A stretch of 64,000 bases of DNA, from the NCBI GenBank assembly GCA_046760785.1, contig JBHIET010000002.1, positions 17,052 through 81,051 of the forward strand, read 5' to 3'. The stretch is from Anaerolineae bacterium (GTDB lineage Bacteria > Chloroflexota > Anaerolineae > B4-G1). Below the pieces are notes generated by a model that was given only the letters and a program-made list of their open reading frames with translations, ran no database searches and was not told the origin of the DNA. The translations under genes were made by a program, and so were the position numbers. The first letter of the stretch is position 1. Each line of letters starts with the position of its first letter. Of the stretch, positions 54,772-63,451 are shown piece after piece.

Positions 54772-56577
54772 CTATTTTAGCATGTCCTGTTGGGCCTGGC
54801 AAGGCCAGTCTGCGATCATCCGCCACATCTCTTCCACCAGGCTCTCCGGCGGCGCCACGCGCCGCCTGTCCTGAGCATTGTCGAAGGGCTCCTCTGCCCA
54901 GCGTGCCTTCAGTTCGACTCCGCCCGCCTTCAGGCTGCGCCTGCTTACTGTCACCCGCGCCGGGCAGCCGATCAGGTCCGCATCGGTGAACTTGACCCCG
55001 GCGCTTTCCCTCCGGTCATCGTACAACACCTCAAAGCCAGCTTTCTGTAGTTGGCCGTAAACCTCCTCAGCCTGGGTTCGCACCGCTTCGTCGGTGCCCA
55101 CCGTCAGCAGGTGGACGTCGAACGGAGCGAGAGCGGGCGGCCAGACGATGCCGTGTTCGTCGTGGTGGGTCTCGATGACCGCCGCCATTAGCCGTCCCAC
55201 GCCGATGCCGTAGGAGCCCATCACGATGGGGCGCTCGTGCCCCTCTGTATCCAAGTAGGTCGCGCCCACTGCCTCCGAGTAGCGTGTGCCCAGTTTGAAG
55301 CAATGGCCCAGTTCGATGGTCGTTTCCATCACCAGCGCTCCATCACAGTGGGGACAGAGGTGGTCAGCCTGTGCTTGCGCGATGTCGGCCAGGAGGGTGG
55401 CGGCGAAGTCGCGGGGGTAGTTGACGCCGGTGAGGTGATACCCAGGCCGGTTCGCCCCGGCGATGAAGTTGTTTCCCACCCCAATGGAAGGGTCGGCCAC
55501 GACCAGCACGCCTGGCCCATTGCGGGTCTCCCGCACCTGCAATCCCACCGGCGAGGCGTAGCCTGGCTCGGCTCCGGCAGCGCGAATCTCCTCGTCGGTC
55601 GCGGGCCGCAATTCCCCGCTGCCCAGCAGATTTCCTAGCTTCGTCTCATTCACTTCCAGGTCTCCCCGGATGACGACGAATACCAGTTCCTGAGTCTCTC
55701 GCAGGTTCCCAACCTGCGGGAGGCTGAGTGTGTAGAAGACGGCTTTGAGCGTCTGGCTGGTCGGCACACCCACGAACGCTGCCACGTCCGCAATCGTCTC
55801 GCAGTCAGGCGTGGCCAGTTTGGCGACCGGCTGCAGGGGCGCGGCCTCCGCTTCAGGCAGCGCGAACTCGGCCCGTTCGGTGTTGGCAGCGTAGCCACAG
55901 GTCGGGCAGCGGATGATAGTGTCCTCTCCGTCGGGATGGAGCAGCATAAACTCGTGCGAGTCGGCGCCACCCATCATGCCTGGGTCGGCCTCGACGGCGA
56001 TGGGATTGAGATCGCAGCGGGCGAAGATGCGCTGGTAGGCCGCGAGTATGCGGGGGTAGAAGGCGTCCAGGCCGTCATCATCGGTGTCGAGGCTGTAGGC
56101 GTCCTTCATACGGAATTCGCGTACGCGCAAGAGTCCCCCGCGCGGGCGGGGCTCGTCCCGCACTTTGGTCTGGATATGGTAGATGGCTCGTGGTAGGTCG
56201 CGATAGGATAGTACCTCTCGCCGTGCCAGTTCTGCGACTACCTCCTCGTGGGTCATCGCCAGGGCGTAGTCACGGCCGTTCCTGTCTCGAACTCGCACCA
56301 ACGCTGGCCCCACGCTATCCCATCGCCCCGTCGCTTTCCAGAGATCAGCCGGGTGCATGACGGGCATCAGCATCTCCTGCGCGCCGATCCCGTCCATCTC
56401 CTCGCGGAGGATAGCCTCGATTTTGCGCGCCACCCGCCAGCCCAGTGGCAGGTAGCTGTATAGGCCGGCGCCCAGGAAGCGTACCAGTCCAGTGCGTAGC
56501 GCCAGCTGGTGACTGGTCAATTCGGCATCGGACGGGTTCTCCCGTAGCGTGTGTCCAAAGAGCTGTGACATTCTCAT
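54772..56577 (-). CDS. proS: Prolyl-tRNA synthetase (bacterial type with INS editing domain), carrying a repeat-derived C-terminal extension
   Basis: MRMSQLFGHTLRENPSDAELTSHQLALRTGLVRFLGAGLYSYLPLGW..., class II motifs, INS domain. The final ~40 aa (AEEPFDNAQDRRRVAPPESLVEEMWRM...) overlap the core CTGTCCTGAGCATTGTCGAAGGGC at 54866-54889. Confidence 0.95.
   Translation of the reverse strand: MRMSQLFGHTLRENPSDAELTSHQLALRTGLVRFLGAGLYSYLPLGWRVARKIEAILREEMDGIGAQEMLMPVMHPADLWKATGRWDSVGPALVRVRDRNGRDYALAMTHEEVVAELARREVLSYRDLPRAIYHIQTKVRDEPRPRGGLLRVREFRMKDAYSLDTDDDGLDAFYPRILAAYQRIFARCDLNPIAVEADPGMMGGADSHEFMLLHPDGEDTIIRCPTCGYAANTERAEFALPEAEAAPLQPVAKLATPDCETIADVAAFVGVPTSQTLKAVFYTLSLPQVGNLRETQELVFVVIRGDLEVNETKLGNLLGSGELRPATDEEIRAAGAEPGYASPVGLQVRETRNGPGVLVVADPSIGVGNNFIAGANRPGYHLTGVNYPRDFAATLLADIAQAQADHLCPHCDGALVMETTIELGHCFKLGTRYSEAVGATYLDTEGHERPIVMGSYGIGVGRLMAAVIETHHDEHGIVWPPALAPFDVHLLTVGTDEAVRTQAEEVYGQLQKAGFEVLYDDRRESAGVKFTDADLIGCPARVTVSRRSLKAGGVELKARWAEEPFDNAQDRRRVAPPESLVEEMWRMIADWPCQAQQDMLK
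54866..54889. repeat. Second copy of the 24-nt core (CTGTCCTGAGCaTTGTCGAAGGGC) seen in 14253-14275, here inside the proS 3' end
   Basis: Direct comparison: 22/24 identical to 14253-14276. On the proS coding strand it yields PFDNAQDRR (FDKLRAG/LRQAQD-type repeat peptide). Confidence 0.75.
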
Positions 56578-56602
56578 CGCTTGACCTCCTCGAGGTAGGA
56601 GC

Positions 56603-56642
56603 GCAAAAAACAGAGCCAGCCTCCCGGGGTCGGAAGGCTGGC
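56603..56642 (-). terminator. Intrinsic terminator (8-bp GC stem + U6 tract) inside the ~278-nt ilvD-proS spacer, 25-70 nt upstream of the proS start; possible leader attenuator/T-box terminator
   Basis: Minus strand reads GCCAGCCUUCCGACCCCGGGAGGCUGGCUCUGUUUUUUGCG. The proS ATG is at 56577. Confidence 0.55.
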
Positions 56643-56855
56643 AAATCAGGCAAAAGGGCTGGCGATGCCTAGGCAGCGCTAACCGAACCCTCGAAACGGG
56701 TACGGCTGCGGGCTGCTAGGGGCGGGAAGTATGTAACCCATCATCGCATCGTCCTCAACCGAATAATATTTTAGCACAGGACGAGGTATCTGTCAATGGA
56801 CTTACATCTGGCGGGATTTCTGCGCCCCCGCGCTTCAAGTGATGAGATGCCAACC

Positions 56856-58511
56856 TCACTTCAAGATAGCTCCCTCACTGGCCGAGGAGACCATCGCCGC
56901 GTAGCGGCTCAGGTAACCCTTGGTCACTTTTGGTGCTGGTGGCTTCCAACCCTGCCGTCGCCGGGCCATCTCCTCCTCGGAGACGTGGAGCGTCAGCCGT
57001 TTATTAGGGATGTCCAACTCGATCTCGTCTCCCTCTTGCACCAGCCCAATTGGTCCACCGGCGGTCGCTTCCGGGGAGATGTGGCAGACGGCAGCCCCAC
57101 GCGTCGCGCCGGAGAAACGACCATCAGTCAGGAGAGCCACCTTGTCGTCCAACTCCATTCCAGCCAGGGCGGAGGTGGGCATCAGCATCTCTCGCATGCC
57201 TGGCCCGCCCCGAGGCCCCTCGTAGCGGATGACGACCACGTCACTCGCCTGGATGCGCCCGCCCAGGATGGCATCAAGTGCCGACTCCTCGTTCTCGAAG
57301 ACGCGAGCCGAGCCACAGTGCTGCATCATCTCCAACCGGACGGCCCCCGCCTTGACCACCGCCCCGTCGGGGGCCAGGTTGCCCCACAGGATGGCGATTC
57401 CGCCGTCGGGCCGGTGGGGGTCGTCTGCCGGGCGGATGACGTCGGAAAGGCGGCGTGCCTTCTTCAGGTTCTCGGCCACCGTCCTCCCGGTCACCGTCCG
57501 CGCCTCGCCCTGCAGCAGGCCGTGGCGCAGCAGTTCCGCCATCACTGCTGGCATCCCTCCCGCCTCGTCCAGGTCCTGCATGTGATGGGGGCCGGAGGGG
57601 CTAAGTTTGACTAGGTAAGGGGTCCGGCTGCTCACCGCGTTGAACTTCTCCAGGGGGAGAGAGACGCCTGCCTCGTGGGCGATGGCCGGCAGGTGTAGCA
57701 CGGTGTTGGTCGAGCCGCCGATTGCCATATCCACGGCGATACCGTTCTCAAAAGCGGCCTCGGTCATAATGTCGCGGGGTAGAATATCCTCGCGGACCAA
57801 GTGCATAATCTGCCTCCCTGCCTGCTTGGCCAGCCGGAGGCGAGCCCCTGTGACCGCCGGGATGGTCCCGTTGCCTGGCAGCCCCATGCCCAGTGCCTCG
57901 GTCAGGCAGTTCATCGAGTTGGCAGTAAAGAGACCGGCGCAGGAGCCGCAGCCGGGGCAGGCCGCCAGCTCCAGTGCCTCCAACTCTTCCTCACTCATCC
58001 GCCCCGCTTTGACCTCTCCCACTGCCTCAAACATCGTTTTGACGTCCACATTCTGGCCCTGGTAGCGACCCGCCAGCATCGGCCCGCCGCTGACAAAGAT
58101 AGCAGGGATGTTGAGTCGGGCAGCGGCCATCAGCATGCCAGGCACGATTTTATCGCAGTTTGGAATGAGCACCAGGCCGTCAAACCTGTGAGCCGTAGCC
58201 ATGATCTCGACGGAATCGGCGATGAGCTCCCGGCTGGGCAGGGAGTAGCGCATTCCCGGATGGCCCATAGCGATGCCGTCACACACGCCGATGGTGTTGA
58301 ACTCCAGCGGCGTGCCTCTGGCCATTCGCACGCCCGCCTTTACTGCCTCGGCCACCTTGTCCAGGTGGGCGTGGCCGGGCACAATCTCGTTGTAGGAGTT
58401 GACCACCCCAATCAGAGGACGGTCCAGTTCCTCGGGCGTCAACCCGGTGGCGTAAAAGAGGCTCCGGTGAGGAGCCCGCTCAAATCCTCGTTTTGCTAGA
58501 TCGCTACGCAT
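56856..58511 (-). CDS. ilvD: Dihydroxy-acid dehydratase
   Basis: [24 protein letters not shown]..., [17 protein letters not shown] Fe-S motif. RBS GAGGAAGG. Confidence 0.95.
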   Translation of the reverse strand: MRSDLAKRGFERAPHRSLFYATGLTPEELDRPLIGVVNSYNEIVPGHAHLDKVAEAVKAGVRMARGTPLEFNTIGVCDGIAMGHPGMRYSLPSRELIADSVEIMATAHRFDGLVLIPNCDKIVPGMLMAAARLNIPAIFVSGGPMLAGRYQGQNVDVKTMFEAVGEVKAGRMSEEELEALELAACPGCGSCAGLFTANSMNCLTEALGMGLPGNGTIPAVTGARLRLAKQAGRQIMHLVREDILPRDIMTEAAFENGIAVDMAIGGSTNTVLHLPAIAHEAGVSLPLEKFNAVSSRTPYLVKLSPSGPHHMQDLDEAGGMPAVMAELLRHGLLQGEARTVTGRTVAENLKKARRLSDVIRPADDPHRPDGGIAILWGNLAPDGAVVKAGAVRLEMMQHCGSARVFENEESALDAILGGRIQASDVVVIRYEGPRGGPGMREMLMPTSALAGMELDDKVALLTDGRFSGATRGAAVCHISPEATAGGPIGLVQEGDEIELDIPNKRLTLHVSEEEMARRRQGWKPPAPKVTKGYLSRYAAMVSSASEGAILK

Positions 58512-59059
58512 AATCCTTCCTCACGTGGTCGAAGATGGTTTGTGAATGAGCCGAACGACCCCGCCGTCGCCTACGGCCCACAGGTTGTCGTCGCGGTCGA
58601 AGGCTGGATCGCGCACATAGTTCGCCTTGGTGTACGAGGTCCAGCCAGGGCGCAGTTCGGTATCCTTTACGCCAACACGTCCCCCTGCGAGGACACGCCG
58701 CTTGTAGGGGAGGTACTTGCGGCTATGATACACTCTATTGGCCTGGTTGGCAAATAGCAGATCGGGGTCTACGCTTCAGAAATGACAGGGGCTGAACTAA
58801 CGCAGTACCGCGAAAGTTGCTATGTGACCAGGAAGCGAGCGCCGGTTGAGCAGGCTTGGAGCGCGGCGGCTTGGGTTGAGCTTGTCGAAACCAGCCGTAT
58901 CGAAACCAAGCGGGTTGGCCGCAGAGCCGCTTACATCCTTGGTTTCGATACGCCTCCGGCTACTCAGCCCAAGTCGCTACTCAACCGGCGGATGCTCGCT
59001 ATGTCGCCCAGGCTGAAATGCTGCTTGAGACAGTGATGCCCCAAGATATTGAGGAGATC

Positions 59060-60274
59060 TTATGGCCCTATGTGTACCATCTCATCCAATCTGCGGATAA
59101 ATTCTATCGTCCGGACGGGGTCTGGCCTCTGAACAGGAGGTTTTGGCCTCTGGACAGGTTCTGGCCCTCCGACCGGTTCCGACTTTCGGGCAGGTTTGGA
59201 TTGCTTTTCGACTCTTTCGGCGATCAGCTCTCCCATCTTTCTTGTCCCAACCATTGTGCTTTCCTCCTCATAGATATCTCTGGTGCGGTAGCCTTCCTCC
59301 AGCACCATCTGTACTGCGTCTTCGATAGCTTGCGCTTCTTCCTCCAACTCCAGCGAGTAGCGGAGCAGCATCGCCGCGCTGAGGATGGTGGCGATGGGGT
59401 TGACCACGTTCTGGCCGGTGTATTTGGGGGCTGAACCGTGGATGGGCTCGAACAGGCCGGGCTTGTGCGCGCCGATGGCTCCCGAAGGCAGCATACCCAT
59501 AGACCCGGCGATCGTGGATGCCTCGTCGGTCAGGATGTCGCCGAACATGTTGCCGGTGACGATGACGTCAAATAGGTTGGGGTAGCGCACCAGCCGCATG
59601 GCCGCGATGTCCACGTACATGGATTCGAACTCCACGTCGCGGTAATCTTCAGCCACACGACTGGCCGTCTCGCGCCACAGGCGGGAGCTTTCCAGTACGT
59701 TGGCCTTGTCCACCGAGGTCACCTTCTTGCGCCGCCTGCGCGCCAGGTCGAAAGCGACGCGCACGATGCGCTCGATCTCGGGCACGGTATAGAACATGGT
59801 GTCGTAGGCCGCCGGAACGCCGTTCGTACTCTCGCGGCCCCGTTCGCCAAAGTAGATTCCACCCGTCAGTTCGCGCACCACCAGCAAATCCACGTCAGCG
59901 ATGACCTCAGGCTTGAGGGTCGAGGCGTGGAGCAGTTGCTTGTACAGTTTCACCGGCCGCAGGTTGGCAAAGACGCTCAGTCCTTTGCGCAGGGCCAGGA
60001 GTCCCTGTTCCGGGTGCACCGGCAACCGCGGATCGTCGTACTTGGGGTCGCCTACCGCGCCCAGCAGGACAGCATCGCTTTCCCGGCAGAGCGCCAGCGT
60101 CTCAGCCGGCAACGGCTCCCCCGTTGCGTCAATGGCAACTCCCCCGACCAGGGCCTCCTCGAACTCAAAGGTGTGGCCGTAGACCTCGGCTACCCGACGC
60201 AGGACCTTCACCGCCTCGGCAACGACCTCCGGGCTGATGCCATCTCCAGGTAGTGTGACAATTCTCGCTTCCAT
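59060..60274 (-). CDS. leuB: 3-isopropylmalate dehydrogenase with ~45-aa Pro-rich C-terminal extension
   Basis: VVRELTGGIYFG, NLFGDILTDEAS(M) signature. The canonical end near GELIAERV is followed by EKQSKPARKSEPVGGPEPVQRPKPPVQRPDPV..., encoded by imperfect ~18-nt tandem repeats at 59120-59200. Confidence 0.9.
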   Translation of the reverse strand: MEARIVTLPGDGISPEVVAEAVKVLRRVAEVYGHTFEFEEALVGGVAIDATGEPLPAETLALCRESDAVLLGAVGDPKYDDPRLPVHPEQGLLALRKGLSVFANLRPVKLYKQLLHASTLKPEVIADVDLLVVRELTGGIYFGERGRESTNGVPAAYDTMFYTVPEIERIVRVAFDLARRRRKKVTSVDKANVLESSRLWRETASRVAEDYRDVEFESMYVDIAAMRLVRYPNLFDVIVTGNMFGDILTDEASTIAGSMGMLPSGAIGAHKPGLFEPIHGSAPKYTGQNVVNPIATILSAAMLLRYSLELEEEAQAIEDAVQMVLEEGYRTRDIYEEESTMVGTRKMGELIAERVEKQSKPARKSEPVGGPEPVQRPKPPVQRPDPVRTIEFIRRLDEMVHIGP

Positions 60275-60328
60275 GAATTCTCCTCAGTCCTTGATAGGTG
60301 CAACGCACTTCCGAGGTGCGTCGCACCT

Positions 60329-61912
60329 CTATCTGGCCACCATCAGGCCATACTCAACCGCATCCGCCAGGGCGATCCAACTCGCTTCGATGATATTGGT
60401 GGAGGCCCCCACAGTGCTCCAGCGATGCGTCTCGTTCTGCATATCAATCAGCACACGGGTGGTCGCCGCTGTCCCATGATCCCCGTCCAGAATGTGCACT
60501 TTGTAATCGGCCAGGTTGAATTCGGCCAGGTGGGGATACACCGGCACCAACGCCTTGCGCAGGGCCACGTCCAGGGCATTCACCGGTCCGTTGCCCTCGG
60601 CCGCCGTGTGGAAGACCTGGTTGCCCACGCGCACCTTGATGCTCGCCTCGGCAAAGACTCCCCGCCCCTCCCGGTGTTCGGCGACGACCATGAAGTCCAG
60701 CATCTCGAAGGGAGGACGATACTCCGGTCGGGAGCGGTGCAGCAGCAGTTCCACCGAGGCCTCGGCCCCCTCGAAGGTAAAGCCCTGGTACTCTAATCGC
60801 TTGATCGTCTGGAGCACCCCCGGCAGATCCTCGATCTCCCGGTGCGCGATGCCCATCTCCTCCGCCTTGCTGAGCAGGTTCCCCCGGCCCGAAAGTTCTG
60901 AGACGAGAGTGCGCGACCGATTGCCCACCAGGGCGGGGTCAACGTGCTGGTAACTCTGTGGGTTGCACCGCATGGCCGCCACGTGGATGCCTCCCTTATG
61001 GGCGAAGGCGCTCCGGCCCACGTAGGCCGCCTGACGGTGAAGAGGCTGATTCGCAGTGGAGGCTACCGCGCGGGCGACCCGTGTTATGTGGGTCAGCCGG
61101 CCTGCGGGCAGGGCTGCCACTCCCATCTTCAACTCCAGGTCAGGGATCACAGTACAGAGGTTAGCGTTGCCACACCGTTCGCCGTAGCCGTTTATCGTCC
61201 CCTGCACGTGGGTGGCGCCGGCCCGGATGGCCGCCAGACTGTTCGCCACGGCCATTCCCCCATCGTTATGGGCGTGGATGCCCAGGGTGACGTCGGGGAA
61301 GGCCGATTGAACCTCCCGGAAGATGCTTTCGATCTCCCACGGCAGTGAGCCGCCGTTGGTATCGCACAGCACGAGCGTGTCTGCGCCTCCCTCGGCGGCG
61401 GCCTGAAGCGTGGCCAGGGCATAGCGGGAATCAGCCTCATAGCCATCGAAGAAGTGTTCCGCGTCGTAGATGACCTCTCGGAGAAAGTGGGTTTTTTCCG
61501 AAAAACCCGCTTTCTTCAAGCAGGCTACACTCTCCCGGATGATGCGCAGGTTCTCCTCCGGCGTGGTGCGTAGGACGTCGCGCACGTGGAGTGTCCAACT
61601 CTTGCCCACGACGGTGACCACCGGTGTCTCCGCCTCCAGCAGGGCCTGGATGTTGGCATCGGCCTGGGGCTGGCTCCCCACCCGGCACGTACTGCCGAAG
61701 GCGGCGATCCGAATCTGCCCCAGGCTCAGTTCCCGTACCCGCCGGAAGTACTCGACGTCTTTGGGATTGGAGCCTGGCCAGCCGCCCTCGACGTAGTGCA
61801 CCCCCAGCCTATCGAGCAGGCGAGTGATCTTCAACTTGTCATCTACTGAGAGGGAAATGCCCTCCCCCTGCGTGCCATCGCGCAACGTCGTGTCGTAGAG
61901 CACCACATCCAT
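60329..61912 (-). CDS. leuA: 2-isopropylmalate synthase / (R)-citramalate synthase family (LeuA/CimA, long form with LeuA_dimer domain)
   Basis: VVLYDTTLRDGTQGEGISLS, HAHNDGGMAVANSLAAIRAGATHVQGT, C-terminal regulatory domain. In a leu operon. Confidence 0.85.
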   Translation of the reverse strand: MDVVLYDTTLRDGTQGEGISLSVDDKLKITRLLDRLGVHYVEGGWPGSNPKDVEYFRRVRELSLGQIRIAAFGSTCRVGSQPQADANIQALLEAETPVVTVVGKSWTLHVRDVLRTTPEENLRIIRESVACLKKAGFSEKTHFLREVIYDAEHFFDGYEADSRYALATLQAAAEGGADTLVLCDTNGGSLPWEIESIFREVQSAFPDVTLGIHAHNDGGMAVANSLAAIRAGATHVQGTINGYGERCGNANLCTVIPDLELKMGVAALPAGRLTHITRVARAVASTANQPLHRQAAYVGRSAFAHKGGIHVAAMRCNPQSYQHVDPALVGNRSRTLVSELSGRGNLLSKAEEMGIAHREIEDLPGVLQTIKRLEYQGFTFEGAEASVELLLHRSRPEYRPPFEMLDFMVVAEHREGRGVFAEASIKVRVGNQVFHTAAEGNGPVNALDVALRKALVPVYPHLAEFNLADYKVHILDGDHGTAATTRVLIDMQNETHRWSTVGASTNIIEASWIALADAVEYGLMVAR

Positions 61913-61924
61913 AGGTCTCCTTCA

Positions 61925-62847
61925 TCAACCTACCGGCGTCAGCCAGCCGAAACGATCAGGCACGCGACCCTCCACGATGTTGAAGAATGCTTCTGCGAGA
62001 CGGGTCGTAATCGGCCCCCGCTTGCCGCTGCCCACCGCGATGCCATCCACCGAGCGGATCGGAGTGATCTCGGCGGCGGTGCCGCAGAAGAAAATCTCGT
62101 CGGCCAGATAGAGCATTTCACGGGGAATCATCTCCTCGCGCACCTCGAGGTCCATCTCGCCAGCCAGCGTGATGACACATTGCCGGGTGATGCCATCGAG
62201 GATCGAATTAGCCAATGGTGGAGTGAACAGTCGCCCGTGCCGCACGAGGAAGATATTCTCACCACTTCCTTCGCTCACGTAGCCGTTGACGTCGAGAGCG
62301 ACCCCTTCGGCGTAGCCGTGCTCCAGGGCTTCCATGATGAGGAGCTGGGAGTTGATGTACTGCCCGCCGATCTTGGCCGCTGCCGGGTAGGTGTCAGGAG
62401 CCATCCGCCGCCACGAACTCACTCCCACGTCCACACCCTCTAAGGCAGCCTCTCCCAGCAACTTGCCCCATTCTACCGTGATGATGCTCACGTGCGTTGG
62501 ACACGACCGTCCGTCCAGGTGGAAGGAGCCGCTCCACCCTCTAAAGACGACCGGTCGGATATAGCAGGCCGTGTGTCCGTTGGCCCGGATGGTGTCTAGG
62601 ACCGCCTGGTGGATTTCCTGGCGGGTGTAGGGGAGCCCCAGCCGATAAATCTTGCACGAGTCCCACATCCGGTCGAGGTGTTCTTTCAGACGGAAGACGG
62701 CCGGGCCGTCGGGCAGCGCGTAAGCACGAATGCCCTCGAAAACGCTGGAGCCGTAGTGAAGGGCGTGTGCGGCCACGTGTACCGTCGCTTGATCCCAGTC
62801 CACCAGTTGGCCGTCGAGCCAGATTTTGTCCGCTTTGCGCATCATAG
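61925..62847 (-). CDS. ilvE: Branched-chain amino acid aminotransferase
   Basis: MMRKADKIWLDGQLVDWDQATVHV matches the IlvE N-terminus. Perfect RBS AGAAGGAGA 8 nt upstream of the ATG at 62847. The six-frame ORF extends to a GTG at 62872 inside the heptamer tract. Confidence 0.9.
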
Positions 62848-62866
62848 ATTTGTGTCTCCTTCTAGG

Positions 62867-62894
62867 TTTCACGTTTCACGCTTCACGTTTGCCC
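62867..62894. repeat. Heptanucleotide tandem tract (TTTCACG TTTCACG CTTCACG TTTGCCC) at the leuD-ilvE junction; it encodes the last codons and stop of leuD
   Basis: On the minus strand, gca aac gtg aag cgt gaa acg tga = ANVKRET* of LeuD, built from CGTGAAA-type units. Same unit type as 10879-10885. Confidence 0.75.
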
Positions 62895-63384
62895 CTGCCA
62901 CTCTCTGCCGCGTATAGGGTACCAACCCTCCAGCCCTGACGATCTCCATGACGAAAGCGGGCATCGGCGTCGTCCGGTAGACCCGGCCGGTACGTTCGTT
63001 AGTGATCGTGCCAGCCCTCAGATCCATTGTCAACGGATCGCCCTTCTCCGTCCCCTCCACCGCCTCCGGACACTCCAAGATGGGCAGGCCGACGTTGATA
63101 CTGTTCCGGTAGAAGATGCGGGCGAAGCTCTTGGCGACGACGCAGCAGACGCCAGCCCCCTTGATCGCCAGCGGCGCGTGCTCCCGCGACGACCCGCAGC
63201 CGAAGTTCTCCCCGGCGACGATGACGTCCCCCGGTTGCACCGCACCGGCAAACTCTGGGGCGATGTCCTCCATGCAATGCTGCGCCAATTCCTCCGGCGT
63301 GGAAACGTTCAGGTAGCGGGCTGGAATGATGGCGTCGGTATCCACGTTGTCGCCGTACTTCCAGACCGTGCCTCTAATCTTCAT
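62869..63384 (-). CDS. leuD: 3-isopropylmalate dehydratase small subunit
   Basis: MKIRGTVWKYGDNVDTDAIIPARYL... canonical LeuD. Confidence 0.9.
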   Translation of the reverse strand: MKIRGTVWKYGDNVDTDAIIPARYLNVSTPEELAQHCMEDIAPEFAGAVQPGDVIVAGENFGCGSSREHAPLAIKGAGVCCVVAKSFARIFYRNSINVGLPILECPEAVEGTEKGDPLTMDLRAGTITNERTGRVYRTTPMPAFVMEIVRAGGLVPYTRQRVAGANVKRET

Positions 63385-63409
63385 AGTCCGACTCTGCTGC
63401 GTTGTTATG

Positions 63410-63444
63410 CAATACGCGATACGAAATACGTATTGCGTATTTCG
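63410..63444. repeat. Heptamer-based palindromic element (CAATACG CGATACG AAATACG TATTGCG TATTTCG) forming a 9-bp stem/5-nt loop hairpin in the 67-nt leuC-leuD spacer
   Basis: cgaaatacg tattg cgtatttcg is a perfect inverted repeat. Shares the GCAATACGC(A/G)ATACG string with 14275-14289. Confidence 0.7.
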
Positions 63445-63451
63445 TGCTCCG

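Noticed and set aside
62847-62872. ilvE start at the GTG at 62872 (as in the six-frame track), overlapping the leuD stop
   Set aside because: The in-frame ATG at 62847 is preceded by a perfect AGAAGGAGA RBS and matches the conserved IlvE N-terminus (MMRKADKIW… versus MTTKKADYIW…). The upstream codons are repeat-tract sequence.
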